A stretch of DNA of 63,743 nucleotides, filler included, from Licmophora abbreviata (Eukaryota), in assembly GCA_900291995.1 (NCBI GenBank). It is 18 parts of 18 records of this genome, joined end to end, with 100 filler letters (N's around TTAATTAATTAA, not from the genome) between each part and the next. Parts side by side here need not be neighbours in the genome. Positions count along the whole stretch, not along the records: positions 1 to 15,966 come from OLMU01003815.1; 17 more parts are not named here. The stretch is one strand, 5' to 3'. Made by a program: the position numbers and the translations under genes. Each line of letters opens with the position of its first letter. Position 1 is the stretch's first letter. This document shows, piece after piece, positions 1 through 10,245 of the stretch. Below the pieces are notes generated by a model. That model did not search any database and was not told the DNA's origin. It saw only the letters and a list, made by a program, of their open reading frames with translations.

Positions 1-1658
1 GGCAGCAGATCCGGTCGCATATGGCTCAGATCCGAGCTGATCGGGTTGGCAAGCATCGTCGCATCATGGCCGCCGCCGAACAGGGTGGCGCTTGCATGGT
101 CGATGAAACTGTAGGTCACGCATTCGTTGTAACCGCGCCCAGCGGTGGTGCGCCGCGCGATCTGCTCGCGCTTTTGCATCGGTGACAGGATCGGTTGGGG
201 CACACCGGTTTTCATGCGCGGCAGGGGCTTGCCCACCAGCTTGGTCAAAGACGCGATCCGCGCCACCTCTTCCACCAGATCGGCCTCGCCCAGAATGTCG
301 GGCCGCCAGCTCGGCACTTGCGCCATGTCGCCCTCGAGCTTGAAGCCAAGCGCGGTCAAGGTGCGGCGCTGCTCGGCCTCGGGGATGTCCATGCCGACCA
401 GCGATTGCACGCGTTCCGGGTCCAGACGGTAGGCGCGGCTGACATCCGGCACCTTCCCGGCGATTACGGTGCTCGAGGCTTCTCCGCCACATAGATCAAG
501 GATCATCTGCGTCGCCAGATCGATCGCTTCCATGTTGAAGGCCGGATCGATCCCGCGTTCGTTGCGATAGCGCGCATCCGAATTGATCCTGAGCGCGCGC
601 CCCGTCGTGGCGATCTGTACGTGATCCCACACGGCCGCTTCGAGGAACACGTTGACGGTTTCATCGGTGCAGCCCGTGGCCAGCCCGCCCATGATGCCGC
701 CAATGCTTTCGATACCCGCATCGTCGGAAATCACCACCATTCCCGGGCCAAAGGTATATTCCTTCTCGTCCAGCCCGGTCAGGGTCTCGCCGCCCTTGGT
801 GCGATGGACCCGCAGATTGCCCTGCACCTTGTCGGCATCGAACACATGCAGCGGCCGGTTGCGATCGAAGGTGAAGAAGTTGGTCACATCCACCAGAGCA
901 GAAATCGGCCGCAGACCGATCGCACGCAGCCGGTCCTGCAGCCATTGCGGCGAGGGGCCATTGGTCACGCCTCGGATCAACCGCCCTGCAAAGACCTCGC
1001 AGCCGTTCTGCTGCGCGTCCTCGTCGATGGTCACGGTGATCGGGCAGGGGAAAGCCCCTTCCACATGCGCTTTCGGCGCGGGCTTCATGGTGCCCAGACC
1101 CCTTGCCGCGAGGTCCAGCGCGATGCCCCGCACACCCAAGGCATCGGGGCGGTTCGGGGTGATGGCGATTTCGATCACCGGGTCGACCTTGGCGGGATCG
1201 TTCTCGGCCAGCCAATCGGTGAAGCGCTGACCCACCTCTCCCGAGGGCAGCTCGATGATGCCGTCATGCTCCTCGCTCAGCTCCATCTCGCGCTCCGAGC
1301 ACATCATGCCGTGGCTTTCGATCCCGCGGATCTTGCCCACCCCGATTGTCGTGTCGATGCCGGGCACATAGACGCCGGGCTTGGCCACGACCACGGTGAT
1401 CCCCTCTCGGGCATTGGGCGCGCCGCAGATGATCTGGGTGGGGCCATCGGCGGTCTCGACCTGACAGACCCTGAGCTTGTCGGCGTCGGGATGCTTTTCC
1501 GCCTTGACCACCTTGCCGATGGTGAATTGCTCCAACCGCGCGGCCGGGTTCGAGATATCCTCGACCTCGAGCCCCAGATCGGTCAGCACCTCGGCGATGT
1601 CGTCAAGGCTGGCCTCGGTTTCAAGATGGTCTTTCAGCCACGAAAGGGTGAATTTCAT
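1..1658 (-). CDS. pheT: Phenylalanine--tRNA ligase beta subunit (3' end runs off the window)
   Basis: Not in ORF track. ATG at 1658 reads MKFTLSWLKDHLET...; contains HPDADKL, IICGAPNA, GMMCSEREM, ITPNRPDALGVRGIA, RPLHVFDAD, SDARYRNERGIDP; lies downstream of pheS. Confidence 0.97.
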   Translation of the reverse strand, partial: MKFTLSWLKDHLETEASLDDIAEVLTDLGLEVEDISNPAARLEQFTIGKVVKAEKHPDADKLRVCQVETADGPTQIICGAPNAREGITVVVAKPGVYVPGIDTTIGVGKIRGIESHGMMCSEREMELSEEHDGIIELPSGEVGQRFTDWLAENDPAKVDPVIEIAITPNRPDALGVRGIALDLAARGLGTMKPAPKAHVEGAFPCPITVTIDEDAQQNGCEVFAGRLIRGVTNGPSPQWLQDRLRAIGLRPISALVDVTNFFTFDRNRPLHVFDADKVQGNLRVHRTKGGETLTGLDEKEYTFGPGMVVISDDAGIESIGGIMGGLATGCTDETVNVFLEAAVWDHVQIATTGRALRINSDARYRNERGIDPAFNMEAIDLATQMILDLCGGEASSTVIAGKVPDVSRAYRLDPERVQSLVGMDIPEAEQRRTLTALGFKLEGDMAQVPSWRPDILGEADLVEEVARIASLTKLVGKPLPRMKTGVPQPILSPMQKREQIARRTTAGRGYNECVTYSFIDHASATLFGGGHDATMLANPISSDLSHMRPDLL

Positions 1659-1766
1659 CGGATTTGATCCACGCAAGACAAAAGGGTTGCCGCGGCTTTA
1701 TCCTATCCGGGAGAAGGGGAAAACCCCTGCAACACCCTCTGGGCCTTTGCGCCATTTCAAACCGGC

Positions 1767-2183
1767 TCAGCCGCCGCGCGGCGGCACCACGCCCTTTTCC
1801 GCAAGCTGCGTGAAAAAGCCGAGGATTTCCTCTTTGGTGGCGCGCTCGATCGCGCCATCGCGCACCGCCTCGATGCTCCAGACCCAGCTTTGCGCCGGAT
1901 CGTCGCGCATCGCCCACCCCGGAAACAGCCGTTCTTCGATGCTGCGGCTCAACAGAGGTGTCACCTCCACATGGCGGTCATCGCGACGAATGCGCTCATA
2001 GGCCGCCTCGACCTTGTCGCGTGGGCCTTCCAGAAGCTGAAGGTAAAGATCACTGCGGGCAATCAGCGCGCCGGTGATGTTGTCCCGATCATTGAGCCGG
2101 CGTGCATCCAGCAGAATATTCGACAGGATCGCCGTATCGAAACCGAAAGGGCGCGAGGCATAGACGAATTGGATAAGCGGCAT
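1767..2183 (-). CDS. Stand-alone BLUF-domain blue-light sensor (FAD-binding)
   Basis: BLUF signature residues: Y8 (FVYAS), N31, ITGAL, Q49 (YLQLLEG), I..D.RH, RLFPGWAM. Confidence 0.92.
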   Translation of the reverse strand: MPLIQFVYASRPFGFDTAILSNILLDARRLNDRDNITGALIARSDLYLQLLEGPRDKVEAAYERIRRDDRHVEVTPLLSRSIEERLFPGWAMRDDPAQSWVWSIEAVRDGAIERATKEEILGFFTQLAEKGVVPPRGG

Positions 2184-2329
2184 ATGCGAGGCTCCCTGTT
2201 TTCCGGCAGCCTAGAGACCATGACGCAGCCTGTCGATGCCACAACGGTTCGGGGGAATGTTTTCTTGAAAAGAAAACAGCGAGGAATTTTCAAAAAATTC
2301 CTCGCCACTCCCATCCAGTGTTGCGCCGA

Positions 2330-3403
2330 TCAGCGGCTCAGCCCGCCCCGGATCGTCGGCACATCAAGCGCCGCGAACCCGTAGTGTCGCAGCCAGCGCA
2401 GATCCGAGTCGAAGAAAGCGCGCAGATCGGGAATGCCGTATTTCAACATGGCGATCCGGTCGATCCCCACCCCGAAGGCAAAGCCCTGCCATGCGGCCGG
2501 ATCGATATTGCCCGCCATCAGCACCTTGGGATGCACCATCCCGCTCCCCAGAATCTCCAGCCAGTCATCGCCCTCGCCCACCTTGAGCGTGCCGCCTTCC
2601 CAGCTGCAGCGGATATCTACCTCGGCCGAGGGTTCGGTGAACGGGAAATGCGAGGCGCGAAAGCGCAGCTCGACCTCGTCCACCTCGAAGAACGCCTTGA
2701 CGAATTCCTCCAGAACCCATTTCAGGTTCGCCATCGAGATGTCCTTGTCGATCGCAAGACCTTCGACCTGATGAAACATCGGCGTATGGGTCTGGTCGTA
2801 ATCGGCGCGATAGACGCGACCGGGGCAGATCACCCGCAAGGGCGCGCCTGCCAGTTCCATCGACCGGATCTGCACCGGGCTGGTATGGGTCCGCAGCACA
2901 TGCGGCGGGCGCCCATCGCCCTCGGCGCGATGCATGTAGAACGTGTCCATCTCGGCACGGGCCGGGTGGTGTCCGGGGATGTTAAGCGCGTCGAAATTGT
3001 GCCAGTCGCTTTCCACCTGCGGCCCCTCGGCCACGGCAAAGCCCATATCGGCGAAAATCGCGGTGACTTCTTCGGTGACCTGGCTCACGGGGTGGATCGA
3101 CCCGTGTCGCTGCGGTCGCGCGGGCAGGGTGACATCGAGCCACTCGGTGCGCAGTCGCTCGTCCAGCGCGGCATCCGACAGCGCCTGTTTCTTGGCGGCA
3201 AGCGCGCTGTTGATTTCGTCCTTCAGCGCATTGAGCTTCGGGCCCATCACCTGACGCTCTTCGGGGCTCATCTTGCCCAGTTCGCGCATCTTCAGGCTGA
3301 TCTCGCCCTTTTTGCCGACAGCGGCCAGCCGCAGATCCTCAAGCGCCGATTCCCCGGCGGCATCGGCAATAGCGGTCAGGTATTTATCTCGGAGATCGTC
3401 CAT
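2330..3403 (-). CDS. pheS: Phenylalanine--tRNA ligase alpha subunit
   Basis: [57 protein letters not shown] motifs; ATG at 3403. Confidence 0.98.
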   Translation of the reverse strand: MDDLRDKYLTAIADAAGESALEDLRLAAVGKKGEISLKMRELGKMSPEERQVMGPKLNALKDEINSALAAKKQALSDAALDERLRTEWLDVTLPARPQRHGSIHPVSQVTEEVTAIFADMGFAVAEGPQVESDWHNFDALNIPGHHPARAEMDTFYMHRAEGDGRPPHVLRTHTSPVQIRSMELAGAPLRVICPGRVYRADYDQTHTPMFHQVEGLAIDKDISMANLKWVLEEFVKAFFEVDEVELRFRASHFPFTEPSAEVDIRCSWEGGTLKVGEGDDWLEILGSGMVHPKVLMAGNIDPAAWQGFAFGVGIDRIAMLKYGIPDLRAFFDSDLRWLRHYGFAALDVPTIRGGLSR

Positions 3404-3516
3404 CTGTCCCACCCGTTTGGCATCACGGGCGGGTTACAGCGCTTGGCGTCTCAGCGCAAGGGAGTGAACGGTGCACGACTGCCCGGTCACGCAACGACGC
3501 CCCCGGCCTGCTGTGT

Positions 3517-3624
3517 TCAGCCCGATGCGACCTGCTGTCTCACTTCACGGTCATGGGCCTCAAGCAGACGGCGGGCCTTTTCGCTCAGCGGAACGGGTGT
3601 GTGGGACAGGGGGTGGTGGTTCAT
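3517..3624 (-). CDS. Putative 35-aa small protein (MNHHPLSHTPVPLSEKARRLLEAHDREVRQQVASG)
   Basis: ATG with GGAG 6 nt upstream, in an otherwise empty rplT-pheS spacer; below the ORF-track cutoff; no family recognised. Confidence 0.4.
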   Translation of the reverse strand: MNHHPLSHTPVPLSEKARRLLEAHDREVRQQVASG

Positions 3625-3746
3625 GTGGCGCTCCGGATGCTCGGTGGGTGTTAGCTTGCCGTCTGTTATGGTTAACAGATCGGGCAAAATCGCGCCGAGT
3701 TTAGGGCAAAGTCACGGAGTTCCCACGAAGCCGCCGCCACATGACG

Positions 3747-3777
3747 AAAAAGCCACCGACCCGATGGGGTCGATGGC
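3747..3777 (-). terminator. Intrinsic terminator after rplT
   Basis: GCCACCGACCC/GGGGTCGATGGC stem with an A5 run on + (U-tract on minus strand), ~30 nt after the rplT stop. Confidence 0.75.
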
Positions 3778-3807
3778 AGCTTCACTGTCCAGAAATCTGG
3801 GGTTGGC

Positions 3808-4173
3808 TCAGTTGGCCAGAGCGCTTTTCGCCTGATCCACGATCGCGCCGAACGCGGCGGGCTCACGGACGGCCAGATCGGCCAGAACCTTGCGGTCCAC
3901 TTCAACGCCGGCCTTGGCCAGACCGTTGATGAAGCGCGAATAAGTCAGGCCCTCATCATGGGCGCGCACCGCAGCGTTGATCCGCTGAATCCACAGCGCA
4001 CGGAAATTGCGCTTGCGGTTCTTGCGGTCGCGCGTGGCGTACTGGTTGGCCTTGTCGACGGCCTGACGGGCCACCTTGAAGGTATTCTTGCGACGGCCGT
4101 AATAGCCTTTGGCGGCCTTGACGACTTTCTTGTGACGGGCGTGGGTGACGGTTCCACCTTTGACGCGTGACAT
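3808..4173 (-). CDS. rplT: 50S ribosomal protein L20
   Basis: MSRVKGG...AKGYYGRR...[16 protein letters not shown]...[11 protein letters not shown]. Confidence 0.99.
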   Translation of the reverse strand: MSRVKGGTVTHARHKKVVKAAKGYYGRRKNTFKVARQAVDKANQYATRDRKNRKRNFRALWIQRINAAVRAHDEGLTYSRFINGLAKAGVEVDRKVLADLAVREPAAFGAIVDQAKSALAN

Positions 4174-4193
4174 CTATAGGTTCTCCTTCGGCC

Positions 4194-4394
4194 TTAACGG
4201 GAATAGGGCATCATCGGCCGGACGATCTTGGCGTCGGCTTCTGACATGACCGTGGTGCCACGGGCATCGCGGATGAACTTCTTGGTGCGCTTGATCATGC
4301 CATGGCGCTTGCCCGCTTGCGCGGTCTTGATCTTGCCAGTGGCTGTCACCTTGAACCGCTTCTTGCAGCTCGACTTGGTCTTCATCTTGGGCAT
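4194..4394 (-). CDS. rpmI: 50S ribosomal protein L35
   Basis: [21 protein letters not shown]; directly upstream of rplT; GAGGAG-like RBS. Confidence 0.98.
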   Translation of the reverse strand: MPKMKTKSSCKKRFKVTATGKIKTAQAGKRHGMIKRTKKFIRDARGTTVMSEADAKIVRPMMPYSR

Positions 4395-4517
4395 TTCCGG
4401 CTCCTCTTTCGGTCGGTTGAACGCGCGACTCGGCATGCCACATTGGCCGGACGCGCACAGACAGGCGCGCCGTATACGCCACGTCCTGCTATTTCGCAAG
4501 GGGGGTGCCCTTATTTC

Positions 4518-4742
4518 TCAGGCAAGATACCTGCCCACGACCTTTATGAACGTGTCGGGCACGTCATGGATCGTATATCCCCCGGGCTTGGTCGTGATGG
4601 CCCAGACCACCATGGCGCCGCCTGCGATCAGGATAATTGCCGCGACGCGCGGTGCATGTCCGTCGGACAGCGCAGCGACCATGGACGGGATCGACAGAAT
4701 GATAAGAACAAGCCCCAGTATTAATGCCAGATCGGGATCCAT
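4518..4742 (-). CDS. Small two-helix membrane protein (hypothetical)
   Basis: MDPDLALILGLVLIILSIPSMV...; two hydrophobic segments; GGAGG RBS upstream. Confidence 0.75.
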   Translation of the reverse strand: MDPDLALILGLVLIILSIPSMVAALSDGHAPRVAAIILIAGGAMVVWAITTKPGGYTIHDVPDTFIKVVGRYLA

Positions 4743-4783
4743 CGAACCCTCCAAACCAATACCTGCAATAACCTCGCGACAGC

Positions 4784-6229
4784 TTATCCCGGATCGGTCG
4801 AATAAATCAAACTTTCCTGACAGGGGGCGACGCGCAGGATGTTGGTGGTTCCCGGCACGTTGAAGGGCACGCCCGCCGTCACCACGATCTGATCCAGCGC
4901 CTCGGCATAGCCCTGCTCCCGTGCGGCACGCGCGGCATTCAGAACCGCCTGCTTGAAGCGTTCCAACTCGCCGGTCATCACGCAATTCACCCCCCAGCTC
5001 AGCGCCAGCCGCCGCGCTGTGCCGCGCAGATTTGTGAGCGCGATGATCGGCACGCGCGGCCGCTCGCGCGCCACCAGCAGCGCCGTGGTGCCCGATTGGG
5101 TAAAGCAGCAGATCGCCTTGATATCAGTGGTTTCGGCGATTTCGCGGGCGGCGGCGACAATGCCGTCGGCCACGCTTTCGCGCTTGGCCCGGCGCGACGC
5201 CTCGATGATTTCCGTATAGGTCGGATCATCTTCGACTTCGCGGGCCACGTTGTCCATCGTGGTCACCGCCTCGATCGGATAGTCGCCCGCCGCCGATTCC
5301 GCCGAGAGCATGATCGCATCCGCGCCTTCATAGATCGCGGTGGCCACGTCGCTGACTTCGGCGCGGGTGGGCATCGGGCTTTCGATCATTGATTCCAGCA
5401 TCTGGGTCGCCACGATCACCGGCTTGGCGGCGGCGCGGCACTTGCGGACCAGACGTTTCTGGATCGGCGGCACGTTCTGCACCGGCAGTTCCACCCCCAG
5501 ATCGCCGCGCGCCACCATGATCCCGTCCGATGCCGCAAGGATCGCGTCGAACCGTTCCACCGCCGCGGGCTTCTCGATCTTGCTGAGGATCGCGGCCCGT
5601 CCCGCGGCCAGCTCGCGCGCCTCGGTCACATCTTCCGCGCGCTGCACGAAACTCAGCGCCAGCCAGTCCACGCCAAGATCGCAGACGAATTCCAGATCCT
5701 TGCGATCCTTCTCGGACAGCGCCGCCACCGGCAGCACCACATCGGGCACATTCACCCCCTTGCGGTTCGAGATCGTGCCGCCGATCACCACCTCGGTCCG
5801 GGCGAAATCCTTGCCGCATTCAGTCACTTTCAGTCGAATCTTGCCATCATTGACCAGCAGGCTCGCCCCCGGCTCCAGCGCCGCGAAAATCTCGGGATGG
5901 GGCAGGCAGACGCGGCTGGCATCGCCCTCGGCCTCGTCCAGATCCAGCCGGAACTCGGCGCCTTCCTCCAATTCCTCCTCGCCAGAGGCAAAGACCCCGA
6001 CCCGCAGCTTGGGGCCCTGAAGATCCGCCAGAATGGCGATCGGGCTGTCCAGATCGGCCTCGATCTGGCGGATGATGCGGTGCCGCTCCGCGATATCCTC
6101 GTGGCTGCCGTGGCTCATGTTCAGGCGGAACACGTCGGCCCCGGCTTCGTGCAGCGCGCGGATCATCTCGTAATCCGACGAGGCGGGTCCAAGCGTGGCG
6201 ACGATCTTGACGTTTCTGTGGCGTCTCAT
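4784..6229 (-). CDS. pyk: Pyruvate kinase
   Basis: KIVATLGPAS, FRLNMSHG, DLQGPKLR, MVARGDLGVE, ATQMLESM, DAIMLSAES. Confidence 0.98.
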   Translation of the reverse strand: MRRHRNVKIVATLGPASSDYEMIRALHEAGADVFRLNMSHGSHEDIAERHRIIRQIEADLDSPIAILADLQGPKLRVGVFASGEEELEEGAEFRLDLDEAEGDASRVCLPHPEIFAALEPGASLLVNDGKIRLKVTECGKDFARTEVVIGGTISNRKGVNVPDVVLPVAALSEKDRKDLEFVCDLGVDWLALSFVQRAEDVTEARELAAGRAAILSKIEKPAAVERFDAILAASDGIMVARGDLGVELPVQNVPPIQKRLVRKCRAAAKPVIVATQMLESMIESPMPTRAEVSDVATAIYEGADAIMLSAESAAGDYPIEAVTTMDNVAREVEDDPTYTEIIEASRRAKRESVADGIVAAAREIAETTDIKAICCFTQSGTTALLVARERPRVPIIALTNLRGTARRLALSWGVNCVMTGELERFKQAVLNAARAAREQGYAEALDQIVVTAGVPFNVPGTTNILRVAPCQESLIYSTDPG

Positions 6230-6415
6230 CCGGTGTCTTTCCTGTATGTACTGGCCCGGTTTCGACGTCCGGACGCGTCATGTCAATGGGGCTGTCGCGA
6301 TCGGGGAAAGCCTGCCGCAACGCATGTTAACGCTAACAGCCCGCGTCACGGTTATTACCTATTTCACTTCACCTTTCAACTGCCCTAGACGGTGATGAAA
6401 GGACATGACACCCCG

Positions 6416-7156
6416 ATGACATATCACCCTTTTTTCATCGAAGGCGCCGATCGCCCCTCCCGTTGGCTGATCACCTGCGATCATGCCGCCAATACCGTGC
6501 CGCCCTTCGTCAACGGTGGCTGCCTTGGTCTGGGGGCCGCAGATATGGCGCGCCATATCGCCTATGACGTGGGTGCCGCCGGTGTCGCGCGCGAACTGGC
6601 AGCACAGCTTGATGCGCCGGTGATCCTGTCGAATTTCTCGCGCCTCGTGATCGACCCCAACCGCGGCGAGGATGACCCGACCCTCCTGATGAAGCTCTAT
6701 GACGGCACGATCATCCCCGGCAATCGGCATGCTGGTGCAGACGAATTGACCCTCCGGCTCAATCGTTGTTACCGGCCCTACCATACCGCGCTGGCCGAAC
6801 TGGCAGCGCGGCGGCCCGATACGGTGCTGGTCTCGGTCCACAGCTTTACCCGGCAATTGCAGGGGCGCCCGCCCCGCCCCTGGCATGTCGGTGTGCTCTA
6901 TGCCGCCGATGAACGCCTGTCGCGCCCGCTCATTGCCCGGCTGCGCGAGGAACACGATCTCTGCGTGGGCGAGAACGAACCTTACGGCGGGCATCTGCCC
7001 GGCGACGCCATCGCGCGCCATGCCATCGCCTATCAGCGGCCCAATGTTCTCTTGGAGCTGCGCAACGACCTGATCGAACAGGCCGACGATCAGATCGCAT
7101 GGGCGCGCCGCCTTGCCCCGATCCTGAGCGATGCCGCCGACCGCGCCGGGATCTGA
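6416..7156 (+). CDS. N-formylglutamate amidohydrolase family protein
   Basis: TCDHA, HIAYDVGA, SRLVIDPNR, YRPYH, SVHSFT, GENEPY, LELRNDLI. Confidence 0.9.
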   Translation: MTYHPFFIEGADRPSRWLITCDHAANTVPPFVNGGCLGLGAADMARHIAYDVGAAGVARELAAQLDAPVILSNFSRLVIDPNRGEDDPTLLMKLYDGTIIPGNRHAGADELTLRLNRCYRPYHTALAELAARRPDTVLVSVHSFTRQLQGRPPRPWHVGVLYAADERLSRPLIARLREEHDLCVGENEPYGGHLPGDAIARHAIAYQRPNVLLELRNDLIEQADDQIAWARRLAPILSDAADRAGI

Positions 7157-7231
7157 CCGCCGCGTGCCGCAAAGACCGGCTTGCGTGCAGCGCCCCCGCC
7201 GGGCCTAATGCTGCGCTGAAAGGATCCGCCC

Positions 7232-7573
7232 ATGCCCCATGTCATCGTCGAACATTCCGCCGGATTGCAGGACAGCCACGATCTTCAGGCGCTCTGCGAC
7301 GATCTGTTTGAGCGTCTCGCCGCACATCCTTCGGTCAATGGCCCCGAAACGGTGCGCACCCGCACCATCGCCGCCACCGCATCGCGCATCGGCGTGGTGC
7401 CGCAGGCCTTTGCTCATGCCACCTTGCTGCTGATCCCCGGTCGTGACGACGCCACGCGCGACGATCTGGCCGGGATCGTGATGGATACCTTGCAGGCGCA
7501 TCTGCCCGATGCCGGAAGCCTGACAGTGCGCCTCACCGACTTGAACCCGCCGTATCTCAAGCGCATGTTGTGA
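7232..7573 (+). CDS. 5-carboxymethyl-2-hydroxymuconate isomerase family (tautomerase)
   Basis: N-terminal MPHVIVEHS (catalytic Pro1), ..AFAH..L.L.PGR; 113 aa. Confidence 0.85.
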   Translation: MPHVIVEHSAGLQDSHDLQALCDDLFERLAAHPSVNGPETVRTRTIAATASRIGVVPQAFAHATLLLIPGRDDATRDDLAGIVMDTLQAHLPDAGSLTVRLTDLNPPYLKRML

Positions 7574-7575
7574 AC

Positions 7576-7691
7576 TGAAGCGTTCCGCCGTTACCCTGAG
7601 GCATCAGCTTATGGCGCAACGTATGCAACGATGGAACAGTGCACTGCATTTCGCGAAAATCCGTGACTCAGGTTTTTCGCGAAACGCTTTA
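7576..7691. repeat. ~116-bp double-hairpin intergenic repeat, copy 1 (RIME/MITE-like)
   Basis: Clearly homologous to 13458-13575; ends (T)GAAGCGTT...AACGCTTTA; internal TTTCGCGAAAATCC/GGTTTTTCGCGAAA stem. Confidence 0.85.
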
Positions 7692-7706
7692 CGAAGGAGG
7701 ATACCC

Positions 7707-8021
7707 ATGGACGATCAGACCCGTATCGAGCTTGAAGCCGCCGCTTTCCGTACCCTGCGCGAGCATCTCATGGACAAGCGTGCCGACGTGCAGAACATCG
7801 ACATGATGAACCTGACGGGCTTTTGCCGCAACTGCCTGTCGCGCTGGTATCAGGAAGCCGCCAACGCCCGTGGCATCGACATGTCCAAGGACGAGGCCCG
7901 CGAGATTTTCTACGGCATGCCTTATGACGACTGGAAAGCCACCCATCAGACCGAAGCCAGCCCCGATCAGCAGGCTGCATTCACCAAGTCCTTTACCGAG
8001 AATGTGGGCGACAAGGGCTGA
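7707..8021 (+). CDS. DUF1244 family protein
   Basis: ELEAAAFR, DVQNIDMMNLTGFCRNCLSRWY, YGMPY..WK..HQ; AAGGAGG RBS. Confidence 0.9.
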   Translation: MDDQTRIELEAAAFRTLREHLMDKRADVQNIDMMNLTGFCRNCLSRWYQEAANARGIDMSKDEAREIFYGMPYDDWKATHQTEASPDQQAAFTKSFTENVGDKG

Positions 8022-8036
8022 CCCTACGGGTTCGCC

Positions 8037-8954
8037 TCAGGAGCGCTGGTTTTGGAAATAGTTCTGCGGCTCCACAAAGGATTCGCGGAAATAATCATGC
8101 ACCAAAGCCAGCGGCCCGGTCATATCCGTCCCGCGCCTATAGGCCAGACCCACATCCATCGACGGGATGTCATGCGTCGTCGCGGCGGTGCCGATGCGCT
8201 TTCCCTCAAGTGACCAGGGCCGATAGACCATGTCCGACAGGATCGTGACCCCCTGTCCATTGGCCACCATCGACCGCACCGCCTCGACCGACGCGGTGCG
8301 CAGCTTGACCTTGGGCTGATAATTGGTGCCCGACCAGTATTTCATCGTGGTATGTGCCGCCTCATCGACGGTCAGCATGATGTAATCCTGCTCGGCGATC
8401 TCGGCGAAACTGGCCTTTCCCGCGCGGTGAAACGGATGGTTCGCCGGCACCCAAAGACGCCGTGTGGATTTCAACAGCGTTTCGGTCTCGATCTCGGGAT
8501 TGGTCAGGTTCGATGTCAGCACAACCGCCATGTCGAACCTGTTCGACAGCAACCCTTCCTCGATGCTTTCGCGGTTCAATTCGCTCAGCCGGATCTCGAT
8601 GCCCGGATAGAGATGCGCCAGCCGGTCCAGATGATAGGGCAGGAAATACCCGATCACCGTATAGGTCGCCGCGATCGAAATGACGCCTTCCGCCGTCGAC
8701 CGGCGCTGCGTCAGGTTCTTGGCCTCGTCTAGCCGCGCAAGGATATCCTGCGCCGAGGCCAGAAATTCGCGCCCCGCATCGGTCATTTCCATCCCTTGCG
8801 CCGAGCGCAGGAACAGATCCGCGCCCAGTTCCGTCTCAAGGTCGCGGATCGCCGTGGTGATCGCCGATTGTGAGATCGACAGCGCCGTCGCCGCACGGCT
8901 GACCTGTCCCGATTCTGCGGTCGCGACGAAATACTTGAGATGCCGGAAATTCAT
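8037..8954 (-). CDS. LysR-family transcriptional regulator
   Basis: N-terminal HTH (HLKYFVATAE.G.VSRAA..L.ISQSAIT.AIRDLE.ELG..LF.R); divergent from the pxpA cluster. Confidence 0.95.
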   Translation of the reverse strand: MNFRHLKYFVATAESGQVSRAATALSISQSAITTAIRDLETELGADLFLRSAQGMEMTDAGREFLASAQDILARLDEAKNLTQRRSTAEGVISIAATYTVIGYFLPYHLDRLAHLYPGIEIRLSELNRESIEEGLLSNRFDMAVVLTSNLTNPEIETETLLKSTRRLWVPANHPFHRAGKASFAEIAEQDYIMLTVDEAAHTTMKYWSGTNYQPKVKLRTASVEAVRSMVANGQGVTILSDMVYRPWSLEGKRIGTAATTHDIPSMDVGLAYRRGTDMTGPLALVHDYFRESFVEPQNYFQNQRS

Positions 8955-8978
8955 CAAAGGCCCATTGTCCCCGCTTCG

Positions 8979-9020
8979 ATCTGATGAATATCAGATTAAC
9001 AGGTATCGAAAAAAAAGATA
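8979..9020. promoter_or_regulatory. Putative LysR operator region
   Basis: Perfect inverted repeat ATCTGAT-N4-ATCAGAT (8979-8996) and ATC-N9-GAT (T-N11-A) box at 9005-9019 in the AT-rich divergent spacer. Confidence 0.55.
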
Positions 9021-9197
9021 ATGATATTCACAAACCGGTGAATCTTTAACCATATAACGGAAATTCAACAGGTTAGACCGGGCTTTCTATGCGAGAACTT
9101 TCTGAAATTCAGATAAGGCTCGAACAGATATTGGAAATTTACAAGACGCGGCCAGCATTGTCATCCTGTGCCCACCCAGAAGACGAGGACCGGGACG

Positions 9198-9980
9198 ATG
9201 AAAACAGAAGTCGATCTGAACTGTGACATGGGCGAGGGGTTTGGCCAATGGGTCCTGGGCGAGGCCCCGGACGAGGATCTCATGGCGCTCATCAGCTCGG
9301 CCAATATCGCGGCGGGCTTCCATGCGGGCGATCCCAATTCGATGGACCGTGTCGTGAAGCTGGCCCAGCAATATGGCGTCGGGCTTGGCGCACATCCCGG
9401 ATACCGCGATCTGCAGGGCTTCGGGCGGCGCTATATCCGCACCAGCGCCGAGGAACTGGTCAACGACATCGTCTACCAGATCGGCGCGATCCGCGAATTC
9501 GGCCGCCGCTATGGCATCGCGCTCCAGCATGTCAAACCGCATGGCGCCCTCTACATGGAAGCTGCGGTCAACGAAGAGCTGTCGCAACTCATGGTCGATA
9601 CCCTCCAGAAGACCAGCAGCGACGCGATCATCTTCTGCATGGGCATCTCCAAGACCTATGAGGTGGCCAAGCGTCTGGGACATCCCGTGGTGCGCGAATT
9701 CTACGCCGACCGCGATTACGACGATACCGGCTCGATCGTGTTCAAGCGTCAGGTCGCCCGCCCCGATCCCGAACAGATCGCCGCGAAATGCCTGCGCGCC
9801 TGTCAGGAAGGTGTCGTCCGGACCGTCGATGGCAACGACATCCCGATCGAGTTTGAATCGATCTGTTTTCATTCCGACACGCCCGGCGCGCTTGAGATCG
9901 GGCGTGCTATCCGCAGCACGCTCACCGATAACGGCATCACCATCGCCGCCGCCGCAACCGTGCTCGAACGCGCAAGCTGA
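9198..9980 (+). CDS. pxpA: 5-oxoprolinase subunit A / LamB-YcsF family
   Basis: [61 protein letters not shown]. Confidence 0.93.
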   Translation: MKTEVDLNCDMGEGFGQWVLGEAPDEDLMALISSANIAAGFHAGDPNSMDRVVKLAQQYGVGLGAHPGYRDLQGFGRRYIRTSAEELVNDIVYQIGAIREFGRRYGIALQHVKPHGALYMEAAVNEELSQLMVDTLQKTSSDAIIFCMGISKTYEVAKRLGHPVVREFYADRDYDDTGSIVFKRQVARPDPEQIAAKCLRACQEGVVRTVDGNDIPIEFESICFHSDTPGALEIGRAIRSTLTDNGITIAAAATVLERAS

Positions 9981-10006
9981 GACGATTTACCGTCAGGAGA
10001 ACCAAC

Positions 10007-10243
10007 ATGGCAGATATCCAATCCCCCCTTCCCGGAACCTTCTATCACCGCCCCTCCCCCGAGGACGCCCCCTACAAGTCCAAGGGCGATGCCGTTGCCG
10101 TCGGCGACGTGATCGGGCTGGTCGAGGTGATGAAAACCTTTATCGAGGTGAAATCCGAAATCGCCGGCACCTTCGCAGGCTACGCCGCCGACAATGAAGC
10201 ACCGGTGACCGCCGGTCAGGTTCTGGCGACGCTGGACGACTGA
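10007..10243 (+). CDS. Biotin carboxyl carrier protein
   Basis: SPLPGTFY..PSP and EVMK biotinylation motif; 78 aa. Confidence 0.92.
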   Translation: MADIQSPLPGTFYHRPSPEDAPYKSKGDAVAVGDVIGLVEVMKTFIEVKSEIAGTFAGYAADNEAPVTAGQVLATLDD

Positions 10244-10245
10244 CC

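Noticed and set aside
9046..9053. TTAACCAT in the LysR-pxpA spacer as a CtrA site
   Set aside because: A single short motif in AT-rich promoter DNA, better explained by the LysR-controlled divergent promoter.
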